This document shows, one piece after another, positions 27,877-36,064 of a stretch of DNA of 36,064 nucleotides. The stretch is from Candidatus Iainarchaeum sp. Lineage in GTDB: Archaea > Iainarchaeota > Iainarchaeia > JAGGVJ01. Position numbers and translations under genes: made by a program. Positions within the stretch are counted from its first letter, which is position 1. Each line of letters starts with the position of its first letter. The stretch covers positions 1 to 36,064 of the forward strand of contig JAGGVJ010000039.1 of assembly GCA_021158055.1 (NCBI GenBank), read 5' to 3'. The notes beneath the pieces are model-generated. The model was not told the DNA's origin and did not search any database. It saw nothing but the letters and a program-made list of their open reading frames with translations.

Positions 27877-28047
27877 CTGTGTGTGTTTTTAGCTTGTGCG
27901 TGTCAATTTATGCGAGCATTGCAATGTGTATATTATCAATTAGTTTAATTACATGGAACTATTTTTTGAAAGTAACTTGCCGGTAAAATTGTCTGTTAGT
28001 TGCTTTGAATGTCTTTCAATTGATTTGAAATGGTTTCAATTGCTTTT

Positions 28048-29490
28048 TTACAAAAATAAAGGCAGGGCATTTAATAACAATATTGACAGCACTACGATGA
28101 GTGAGGTGCGGCTTACCAGTTCCTGTGCTTTTATTTCATTTATATTGAATTTTTTGGTTATGAATGCTCCAAGCGCAAGCGAGGTCATTTTTCCACCGTC
28201 AAACGGCTCCATTGGAATGAAGTTGACCATCCCGACCGCGAAGTTCAGCAGGATCATCCAGGAAAGCAAACTCACAATAAAAAAATAAACCGTTAAAGAA
28301 AAAGGCAGGGGCCCTGACAGCATTTCGTTCACAAAGATGCCGAATCTTTTTTCCTGGTTGATTTCAAGCATGAAAGGTTCGTCATATCCCTTTATTTTGA
28401 AAACAGCGCTTGAGCCCACTGCAAGATTTGGTTTTAGTTCTTCGAGGTCGTTTCTGGTTTTTATTGTTTTTCCGTTGATGGATTCTATCACCATGCCTTT
28501 TTCAAGAACCTCCAGTGCAGGCGGGGTTTCACCGGTTGAAGCGAGTGCTGTTTCGTCCAGGCCGGTAATTTCAAGACCTGTGACGTTTTTGTTGTATACT
28601 TCTGAAAATGCGGGTCCCAGAGTGAAAAGCGTTCCCATTAAGATTACAATCAAGACAGCCATTGCTGCAAAGTTTGCCATTGAACCTGCGGCATACATTC
28701 GTTGCTGTTCAAGAGCGGGTTTTTCCATGAGTTCTTTTTCGTCTGGTTCAGTGAATGCGCCGATTGGAATGATCCCGAGTGTAACAAGGCCAAGTGACTG
28801 GACTTTTACTTTGGCTACTCTTGAAAGAATTCCGTGCGCAAGCTCGTGAACAATCATGAGTGAAATCAGTGCAATCCAGCCTTCTGCAAACGGCACTACA
28901 AAGTCTGTTTTTGGTATTTTCATGCCGGGAATGATCGGGGCAATTCCCGGAAGTGCTTTTTGTCCGGCGGCAAGAGTTGAGATGATGATTATCGCCTGGG
29001 TGGCAAGCATTCCGACTCCGAACAAGGCAAACCCGCCGACTGCACCGGCAATTGTGAGGGGGATGACTGCAAAGGAAATGGTGTTTGACATATTGAGCGC
29101 AGAGATTAAACCCCCGAAAAACAGCCCGTTTGCAATTGACGTGACTGCAAAAACCCCTGCTTTTTTTGCCATGGAGTATTGTTTTTTGTAAAGGTGAAGG
29201 AGGTAAAGCGACCCAAGGCCGCCGAAAGCCATGATGATGCCGAGGTCTCCGAAGCCGTTCCAAAACCGTTCGTGTTTTGCCAGTCTGTCAAGTGTTTTGA
29301 GCCCGTGTTTTGTGCGCGTCATCAGGCAGATTTTTCCGTAAGTGTCAATGTTTGGCGCGAGTTTTTTTATGATGAAAGTCGGAATCACCACAAATAAAAG
29401 CAGGATTAAAATTATGTCCCAGTAAGGGATTGATGTAAGAGCGGAAATGGCTGTTGAAATAAAGTTGGTTGTTAAAAACGGGCAAGTCAA
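28048..29490 (-). CDS. Site-2 protease (M50) with PDZ insert
   Basis: VHELAHG, GAFTEP, AAGSMAN, NFIPMEPFDGG; TTG 29490 after AGGTGA. Confidence 0.93.
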   Translation of the reverse strand: MTCPFLTTNFISTAISALTSIPYWDIILILLLFVVIPTFIIKKLAPNIDTYGKICLMTRTKHGLKTLDRLAKHERFWNGFGDLGIIMAFGGLGSLYLLHLYKKQYSMAKKAGVFAVTSIANGLFFGGLISALNMSNTISFAVIPLTIAGAVGGFALFGVGMLATQAIIIISTLAAGQKALPGIAPIIPGMKIPKTDFVVPFAEGWIALISLMIVHELAHGILSRVAKVKVQSLGLVTLGIIPIGAFTEPDEKELMEKPALEQQRMYAAGSMANFAAMAVLIVILMGTLFTLGPAFSEVYNKNVTGLEITGLDETALASTGETPPALEVLEKGMVIESINGKTIKTRNDLEELKPNLAVGSSAVFKIKGYDEPFMLEINQEKRFGIFVNEMLSGPLPFSLTVYFFIVSLLSWMILLNFAVGMVNFIPMEPFDGGKMTSLALGAFITKKFNINEIKAQELVSRTSLIVVLSILLLNALPLFL

Positions 29491-29916
29491 AATTTTCACC
29501 TTTTGTATTTGTTTAAATGTATCTGGCAACAGGTTCAGCAATCAGCCGCTGATTATTTGTGGTGATTGGGTTGTTGCTTTGATTTTTTTGCTTTAGTCTG
29601 TAATTGGTTCAGGGAGGTATATAATTTTTTATATTATTTAGGTTTTGTGTTCAATTATTTTTACAGGGTTTTAAATAAAAGTTGTTTTTTGTATTTTGGA
29701 ACTTATGCAGGTATTTTTAATATGCGGAGTAGTTTTAATAATGTCAATATCTTTAAATAATAGTTTTCTTTGATCTATAAATAGAAATATACAATAATAG
29801 AAATATGTAATTGTGATTATAGTAAGATTATTAAAAAATAAGTTTGTATTATGATAAGATATAAGATTATTAAAAAATTGAAAATATTGAAAGAAGTTTG
29901 TTGAGGGGTGTATGTC

Positions 29917-30057
29917 GTGGTTGATGCGAAAGAGAACGAGATATTGATGGAGATTGCAGTTGGAAAAGGAGTAATGCGAAAGCTGCCAAGTTACCTGAGA
30001 AACACGCAAAAAGAGACCTGTGAAAAGACTGTGGCTGAAGAAGTTCTTTTTGACTAA
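29917..30057 (+). CDS. Small 46-aa ORF missing from the track
   Basis: GTG after SD GAGGGGTG (29903-29910); MVDAKENEILMEIAVGKGVMRKLPSYLRNTQKETCEKTVAEEVLFD*. GC rises sharply relative to the AT-rich upstream region. Confidence 0.55.
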   Translation: MVDAKENEILMEIAVGKGVMRKLPSYLRNTQKETCEKTVAEEVLFD

Positions 30058-30149
30058 TCTGAACGGCAACTCAGATGCGGTAAGCGATGCATTATTTTGG
30101 ATAGCTGTGCTTTTTATTTTCAGTAATTTAGCATTTGTTTTTTAGCGAG

Positions 30150-30250
30150 ACCGTTTAACCTGGCGATAAACCGTTTAACCTGGCGATAAACCGTTTAACC
30201 TGGCGATAAACCGTTTAACCTGGCAGTAAACAATCTAACCTGACAATCAC
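30150..30250. repeat. 20-bp tandem array
   Basis: CCGTTTAACCTGGCGATAAA perfect at 30151, 30171 and 30191; degenerate at 30211 and 30231; no spacers. Confidence 0.95.
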
Positions 30251-30325
30251 GATTTGTGCGTGGTTGCAGGGGTGTTTTGGCATGGCAAGTTTTTGGCAAG
30301 GGTAAGTGTGACTGCGGAGTGGATA

Positions 30326-31771
30326 ATGATCAAACCTTTTTTTAACTTTGTTGAGTGGAAGAAAAATAAGGACAACATATTTTGCGTGAATGAAAATACG
30401 ACGTATGCCCAGTTAAAGGAAGAGATAGAAAAAACATGCGGGGAATTAAAAGGAATCATCAGCAAAAAAGACCGGGTGATGGTGAAGTTTTCAAATTGCG
30501 CCAAAGCAGTTGTGTATTTTTATGCAATAGACAAACTTGGAGGGGTGATGATCCCGCTTCATGATTTTGCAACGGAACAGGAAACAAAATACATGATTGA
30601 TGAAGTGCAGGCAAATGCTTTTGTGTCAAAGGGCGGTGCGGAAAGGCTCGGTGATGAAAAAGACGCGGGCTTTCTTCCGGAAGACGCAAGCATGATATTT
30701 TATACGTCAGGTACAACTGGGAAGCCGAAGGGAATAGTCCATACAAGGCAATCAATTTTTACCCCTTGTTTTGAGGAAGGCAAAGCTTACAGCATAACAG
30801 GAAACGATGTCGTGGGCGGGAACCCGTCATTGTCTTTTACTTACGGGTTCGGCGCTTTTGCAGTTATCCCGCTTTTGTTTGGAGCGTCGGTTTCGTTTTT
30901 TGATTCAAGGATTTCCGCAGAGAACCCGAAAGTACCCATAAAGACAGTGACTTATTGCGCAAAGCTGCTTGAGTCAATAACGGAACACAAAATTACGGTG
31001 CTTTACAGCATACCTACAGTTTACCGTGTTTTACTTGAAATATTGTTAAGAATGCCTCAAAAGTATGATTTGAGCTCCCTTCGGCTTCTGATTACTGCCG
31101 GTGAACCAATGGGGGTTCCGCTGCATAAGAGATTAAAGGAAACTTTTTCGCACGCGGGCATATTGGAACACCTTGGTTGCACGGAATCCTTTCACGCCAT
31201 AGCCTCAAACACGGTTGAATCCGTAAGACCGGGTTCTTTCGGAAAGAAAATGAGTTGTTTTGACATAAAAGTGGTTGACGAAAAAGGCAACGAATGCCCG
31301 CCGATGAAGAGCGGGAACCTGGTCTACAAAGGACCTTCAGGAAACCATATTGGAAAAGACAGTGGGTTTCAGGACCAATGGAGGTATACGGGAGATGTTG
31401 TGCATAGGGATGAAGAAGGGTTTTTCTGGTTTGAATCAAGAAATGATGACCTTATAAAAACCGCGGGGTACCTTGTTTCCCCGAGTGAGATAGAAGCTGT
31501 TTTAACAGCACACAAAGCTGTTTTGGAAGCAGTGGTTGTGGGTTTGCCTGATTTTTTCGTGAATCAGAAAATAGGCGCTGTTGTCGTATTGAAAGACGCG
31601 GCTGAACAGCCGGAAAAAATCAGGGAAAATTTAATAAGATTTGCAGGCGAGCGCCTGCCGCCGTACAAGATTCCTTACCATGTAATGTTTGCGGAGTCGG
31701 TTCCAAGAAACAAGAGGGGAAAAATAGTCCGAAAGGATATTTCAGCCATGTTCAGCGACTCGCCGGTTTAG
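30326..31771 (+). CDS. AMP-dependent acyl/aryl-CoA ligase (ANL superfamily)
   Basis: YTSGTTGKPKG, TAGEP, LGCTE, YTGD, SRNDDLIK, PRNKRGKI. Start ATG 30326. Confidence 0.92.
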   Translation: MIKPFFNFVEWKKNKDNIFCVNENTTYAQLKEEIEKTCGELKGIISKKDRVMVKFSNCAKAVVYFYAIDKLGGVMIPLHDFATEQETKYMIDEVQANAFVSKGGAERLGDEKDAGFLPEDASMIFYTSGTTGKPKGIVHTRQSIFTPCFEEGKAYSITGNDVVGGNPSLSFTYGFGAFAVIPLLFGASVSFFDSRISAENPKVPIKTVTYCAKLLESITEHKITVLYSIPTVYRVLLEILLRMPQKYDLSSLRLLITAGEPMGVPLHKRLKETFSHAGILEHLGCTESFHAIASNTVESVRPGSFGKKMSCFDIKVVDEKGNECPPMKSGNLVYKGPSGNHIGKDSGFQDQWRYTGDVVHRDEEGFFWFESRNDDLIKTAGYLVSPSEIEAVLTAHKAVLEAVVVGLPDFFVNQKIGAVVVLKDAAEQPEKIRENLIRFAGERLPPYKIPYHVMFAESVPRNKRGKIVRKDISAMFSDSPV

Positions 31772-31834
31772 CCTTTCGTTTGCTTAATTTCCCAATCCTT
31801 TTGTGATTTGGTTGTTTTTTTGTACTTGGGTTGC

Positions 31835-32314
31835 CTATTTTTTGCGTTTGCTTTTAATCATGTCGGCAAGAGTGAAGTCAGCTGTTCCTTTTGGCGCAGG
31901 CGGTGCGATGTTTTTTACTTCCTCAAACAGGTTGATATTAAACAGGTTTTCAAGTTTTTTTGCAATTGACTCGCTTGGATGCATTTTTGATTTTTCAATT
32001 CTTTGGATAATTGATTCCTTTTCGTATATTTTTGCAGCGACCTGCTCTTGCGTCAGCCCTGTTTTTTCCCTTGCCTTCCTTATCCTTTCCGCGTAATCCG
32101 GCGCAAGTTCAAAGTCGGGCTGAGACGGTTTTTTTGAGGTTTGTTCAGTCAAGGTCCGGATTCCGGGGCCTGAAGCAGTATTATTTTGCTGCTCGCGCAC
32201 TTTTTTTATTACCCTGCCGTAGCTTGAGCAGTTCTGGCAGGCAAGAAGTTTTGTGCCTTCTGTTTCAATCAAAAACAAGAATTCTCTTTCTTTTCCGCAA
32301 ATTTCACAACGCAT
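31835..32314 (-). CDS. mbf1: Archaeal multiprotein bridging factor aMBF1
   Basis: CEICG..CQNC zinc ribbon, HTH (IRKAREKTGLTQEQVA), TLAD tail. Confidence 0.93.
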   Translation of the reverse strand: MRCEICGKEREFLFLIETEGTKLLACQNCSSYGRVIKKVREQQNNTASGPGIRTLTEQTSKKPSQPDFELAPDYAERIRKAREKTGLTQEQVAAKIYEKESIIQRIEKSKMHPSESIAKKLENLFNINLFEEVKNIAPPAPKGTADFTLADMIKSKRKK

Positions 32315-32348
32315 ACTTTTAAATTGTTCAAACTTGCTTAAATATTTA
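32315..32348. promoter_or_regulatory. Overlapping divergent TATA boxes for leaderless mbf1 and pan
   Basis: TTTTAAAT 32317-32324 (+) and TATTTAAG 32344-32337 (-), each ~24-30 bp before the respective ATG. Confidence 0.55.
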
Positions 32349-33539
32349 ATGAGTGGAAATACAGCAGACCCCGAAATCGAAAAGAGTCAGGAGAATATTT
32401 TTTCTTATCTTTACAAGCTTGAGTTAGAGCTGGAAACAGTTAAAAGGGACAATAAAAACATTTTAGATAAAAACGCCGATTTGGAAAATCGTTTCAACGC
32501 GGTTAACGCGGAACTCAGCAAAATGCGAAAACCGCCTCTTATTGTCGGATACGTAGCGGATTCGTTTGAAGACGGAACTGCAGTAGTGCGAAATTCAAAC
32601 GGCATGCAGTTTCTTGTTAGCATGGGTTCTGACGTTAAAGGAAAAGTGATGCACGGCAGCAGGGTTACAATGAATCAGCAAACGCTTGCCATAGTGAACG
32701 TGCTCAACGACGAGAACGACCCCCAGGCAAAAGCAATGGAGCTTGTTGAAAAGCCGGATGTCAGGTTTTCTGATGTCGGCGGATTAAAAAACGCGATTAT
32801 GGAACTCAAGGAAACAATCGAGCTTCCGCTTACAAACCCAGAGCTTTTTGAAAGAATAGGCGTCGAGCCGCCAAAAGGGGTTTTGATGCACGGTCCGCCA
32901 GGGTGCGGGAAAACCATGCTTGCAAAAGCCATTGCAACCGAAACTCACGCTTCTTTTATCCGCCTTGTCGGCTCCGAACTTGTGAAAAAATACATTGGGG
33001 AAGGCGCGCGGCTTGTGAAAAATGTATTCAAGCTTGCCCAGAAAAAAGCGCCTTGTATTCTTTTCATTGACGAAATTGACGCCGTGGGGGCGCTTCGCTC
33101 AGAGTCTTATTCCACTGGAGAGCGTGAAGTTCACCGCACAATGATGCAGCTTTTGGCTGAAATGGACGGGTTCAACAACAGGGGAGATGTGAGGGTGGTT
33201 GCTGCCACGAACCGCGTTGATATCCTTGACCCCGCGCTTATGAGGCCCGGGCGTTTTGACAGGATAATATACATCGAGGAACCTGATGAAAACGCAAGGA
33301 TGGAAATACTTAAGATTCACACGAAAAAAATGGGTCTTGAAAAAATTGATTTCAAAAGACTCATCAACATAACAAAAGCTGCAAACGGGGCTGATTTGAA
33401 GTCAATCTGCACTGAAGCAGGTATTTTTGCCATTCGCGCCAAGCGATCGAAAGTCACTCAAAAGGACTTTGAAAAAGCAATCGCAAAAGTCACGAAAGAC
33501 AAGCAGTTCCTTCTCGGCAGTTCAAGAATTTACGGATAA
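32349..33539 (+). CDS. pan: Proteasome-activating nucleotidase
   Basis: Coiled coil + OB, GPPGCGKT, FIDEIDA, LMRPGRFDR, C-terminal HbYX (IYG). Start ATG 32349. Confidence 0.96.
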   Translation: MSGNTADPEIEKSQENIFSYLYKLELELETVKRDNKNILDKNADLENRFNAVNAELSKMRKPPLIVGYVADSFEDGTAVVRNSNGMQFLVSMGSDVKGKVMHGSRVTMNQQTLAIVNVLNDENDPQAKAMELVEKPDVRFSDVGGLKNAIMELKETIELPLTNPELFERIGVEPPKGVLMHGPPGCGKTMLAKAIATETHASFIRLVGSELVKKYIGEGARLVKNVFKLAQKKAPCILFIDEIDAVGALRSESYSTGEREVHRTMMQLLAEMDGFNNRGDVRVVAATNRVDILDPALMRPGRFDRIIYIEEPDENARMEILKIHTKKMGLEKIDFKRLINITKAANGADLKSICTEAGIFAIRAKRSKVTQKDFEKAIAKVTKDKQFLLGSSRIYG

Positions 33540-33551
33540 AGAGGCGTTTTT

Positions 33552-34580
33552 TTGGGTGTTGATTTTTCCGATATTGTGGAAAAACAAAAAATAGAACTTG
33601 AGTATCTTTCAGGGCGAAGGATCGCTTTTGACGCATTCAACAACATTTACCAGTTTCTTTCGATAATCCGCCAGCCGGACGGAACCCCGTTGATGGATTC
33701 TTCCGGGAAAGTGACAAGTCACTTAAGCGGGCTTTTTTACAGGACAATAAAACTGGTTGAAATAGGCATCAAGCCCGTGTTTGTTTTTGACGGAAAATCC
33801 CCGGAGCTGAAAACGAAAACAAAACAACAGCGCCGTGAAGTACGCGAGAACTCAAAGAAAAAATGGGATGATGCGCTTTTGCGCGGAGACATGGCGGATG
33901 CAAGAAAATATGCCATGGGCTCTTCTTCTCTTGACTCGCAAATGATTGAGGATTCAAAAAGACTGCTTTCATTGATGGGAATTCCTGTTGTCCAGGCGCC
34001 AAGCGAGGGCGAGTCGCAGGCAGCATACCTTGCAGGCACCGGGAAAGTTTGGGCAGTGGGCTCCCAGGATTTTGACTCACTGCTTTTCGGGGCACCGGTT
34101 CTTTTAAGGAATGTGACAATCACGGGCAGGAGAAAAATACCAAACAAAAGCATTTACAAGGAGATATCCCTGGAACTGATCGAGCTTTCAAAAGTGTTGT
34201 CTTCCCTTGAAATTTCCCGCGGGCAACTGGTTGACATTGCAATTCTTGCAGGGACTGATTTCAACAAAGGCCTTCCGAAAGTCGGTCCGAAAACCGCGCT
34301 GAAAGAAATACGCGCGGGAAAAACAGCGGAACAGGTGTTTTCAGAGCGCGGGGTTGAATGCGAAGTTGGAATAAGTGATGTCCGGGAGATTTTTTTGAAC
34401 CCGGAAATCAATGAAGACGTGTCTCTTGAATGGGGACAGGCAGATGTTGAAGGGCTTGTCGAGTTTTTGTGCATGGAAAAAGACTTCTCGCGCGAGCGGG
34501 TGGAAAAAGCAGGCGGAAACTTAAGATTAAAAATGAGCGACAAAACCGAACAATCACGCCTCACTACGTGGTTCGGGTGA
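33552..34580 (+). CDS. fen: Flap endonuclease 1
   Basis: YQFLSIIRQPDG, TSHLSG, VFDG, APSEGE, SQDFDSLLFG, GTDFN, PIP box QSRLTTWF. Confidence 0.97.
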   Translation: MGVDFSDIVEKQKIELEYLSGRRIAFDAFNNIYQFLSIIRQPDGTPLMDSSGKVTSHLSGLFYRTIKLVEIGIKPVFVFDGKSPELKTKTKQQRREVRENSKKKWDDALLRGDMADARKYAMGSSSLDSQMIEDSKRLLSLMGIPVVQAPSEGESQAAYLAGTGKVWAVGSQDFDSLLFGAPVLLRNVTITGRRKIPNKSIYKEISLELIELSKVLSSLEISRGQLVDIAILAGTDFNKGLPKVGPKTALKEIRAGKTAEQVFSERGVECEVGISDVREIFLNPEINEDVSLEWGQADVEGLVEFLCMEKDFSRERVEKAGGNLRLKMSDKTEQSRLTTWFG

Positions 34581-34723
34581 GTTCAGTTGTTTTGATGACC
34601 CGCCTGATTATGCGACTTATTTTAGCCTCCCGCGATATGCTGGATGCGGAATGGCCGGGGATTTTTCCCGGGCCGCAACAAAAGTTTGCTGTGCATATTC
34701 ACGAACGGATAAATTTTAGTTTT

Positions 34724-35668
34724 TTACTGGAGTATGAACTCAGGCGGCGGCGTCAGGGGGATGTCAAAACCGGAAGAATCTCCAGTTGTTTCATCTTCTG
34801 CTTCAGGTCCGTTTGCCGGCGGGTCTTCAGGAGTTCCGCTTCCGAGCATGGCCAGGCAGTCGTTTTTCATTTCAAGCATGGTAATTGATTCGCATGATTG
34901 CGCGTCGTTGTTTTCGATAGCGACTGTCAGTATGCACTGGTTTAAGGAAATTTCGTCTTTGATTGCCTGGCATGCCGAAACGTCGTTGTTCAGGGCAGCG
35001 CGGCAGATAGTTGAAGAGTCTGATTTGCTTTCAGGGCATATTTCAATGTTTTTTGTCCGTAGAGCCATTGAAAAAAGGCAGTTTTCCTGTTCCATTTCGG
35101 TTCCGAGCCCGTTGCAAATTTCAGGGTCGGTTGAGGTCTGCGCAATGCAGGTGTTTTTGTTCAGGGGGTCAAGCACGTTTTCGCAGATTTTTATGTCTTG
35201 CGAGAAAATCGCGTAGTCCATGAAGCAGTTGTCTTTTTTCCACTGGGTGTCTTGGGCGTCGCAAAGCGAAGTGTCCTTGGTGACTTTTACGATGCAGCTT
35301 GTTTTTATCTCCTCGTATTCCAGTGCGTCGCAGATTGAAGCGTCATTCAATTCCAGTGCTTTTTCCACGATGCAGATTTCAACCATGGCAGGGTTATCCA
35401 GGTTTAATGCAGTGCATTCTTCCTGCGGGCTCAACCCTGTTTCAGGGGGCTGCAGGTTTGTCTGGTCAGCTGTGGGGTCAACAGCGGTTGTTTCAAAACC
35501 GGTTGCCGGGTTTTCCGGCAGGTTGTCGCCCGGGTCAGTTGCCGTGGCGTCTCCAATTGTGCTTTCCAAAGCACTCTTGTCTGAAGCAATGTCCTGCGGT
35601 GCTGTAACGCACCCGGCGAGAAATGCAATCAACAAAATTGCAGATATCTTGAAAGTTACTGGTTTCAT
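34724..35668 (-). CDS. Lipoprotein with cysteine-rich repeats
   Basis: Lipobox FLAGC, acidic/Pro/Thr linker, and about 8 'D...C..I......C' repeats. Confidence 0.85.
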   Translation of the reverse strand: MKPVTFKISAILLIAFLAGCVTAPQDIASDKSALESTIGDATATDPGDNLPENPATGFETTAVDPTADQTNLQPPETGLSPQEECTALNLDNPAMVEICIVEKALELNDASICDALEYEEIKTSCIVKVTKDTSLCDAQDTQWKKDNCFMDYAIFSQDIKICENVLDPLNKNTCIAQTSTDPEICNGLGTEMEQENCLFSMALRTKNIEICPESKSDSSTICRAALNNDVSACQAIKDEISLNQCILTVAIENNDAQSCESITMLEMKNDCLAMLGSGTPEDPPANGPEAEDETTGDSSGFDIPLTPPPEFILQ

Positions 35669-35730
35669 TTTAAATCCCCCGGTGTTTGATTGTTTTGTTT
35701 TATTGGATGTTGGTTTTGTTTAATTTTTAC

Positions 35731-35776
35731 CTGTGATTCCTGTCTGTTATGTCTGTGATTCCTGCCTGTTATGTCT
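35731..35776. repeat. 22-bp tandem duplication
   Basis: CTGTGATTCCTG(T/C)CTGTTATGT at 35731 and 35753. Confidence 0.85.
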
Positions 35777-36064
35777 TTGATGTATTGTTAATTTAAACTT
35801 GAGATTTTGTTGTAAACTTTTTGTTATAAATTTAAATGCTTATTACTATTAAAAATGCAATGCATAATTTTTTGGTGTTAAGTTTAATTTTTTGAAGTTT
35901 GTTTTTTTCTATTAGATTTATTAAGTAAATTAGATTTATTACCTAAGTTTTTAGTCTTTTTTATACACTACGGTTTTTTGTGTGTTGTTGTTATGTTTAA
36001 ACGTGGGGTTTATATATTTGTAATGTATAACTTTATACATTATGGTTTTTGTTCGTAGAATTAA

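Noticed and set aside
29540-29900. Replication origin
   Set aside because: AT-rich with repeats, but no ORB-like G-string motif and no adjacent cdc6/orc1.
29566-30069. Track ORFs 29566-29760 and 29671-30069
   Set aside because: Low-complexity F/N/I/Y translations of AT-rich DNA; the second is antisense to the better-supported 46-aa ORF.
30150-30250. Possible CRISPR array
   Set aside because: Units are head-to-tail with no unique spacers, and there are no cas genes in the window.
21749-35723. Numerous 60-200 aa antisense or alternate-frame ORFs inside housekeeping genes
   Set aside because: Fully overlap well-supported genes and show no motifs.
1-36064. Stop-codon reassignment
   Set aside because: Conserved genes are full length and end at TAA, TAG or TGA as expected.

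Overview
Archaeal chromosomal window. DPANN-like is an inference from the gene mix (form III RuBisCO, archaeal histone, Hef, XPD, FEN1, PAN/aMBF1, FtsZ, eS8, Cgi121), the compact layout and the many leaderless genes. The right two-thirds is mostly housekeeping genes. The left 10 kb is accessory: a surface-protein pair, three decayed genes, and a cluster of three ATP-grasp ligases with a HExxH metallopeptidase and an N-formylglutamate-amidohydrolase-like protein around tRNA-Glu/tRNA-Ser. This cluster is the best candidate for an undescribed peptide-ligation/removal system. RNA genes read from the sequence are six tRNAs (three with BHB introns, one of them in the D-loop and one carrying C/D guide elements), SRP RNA and a stand-alone C/D box sRNA. 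Other notable items: rbcL and the first ORF appear to start at ATC/ATT, an unannotated 46-codon ORF plus a 20-bp tandem array precede an AMP-dependent ligase, and many unrelated 16-26 bp tandem duplications occur. No CRISPR array, transposase or integrase was seen. All calls are by eye, without database searches.
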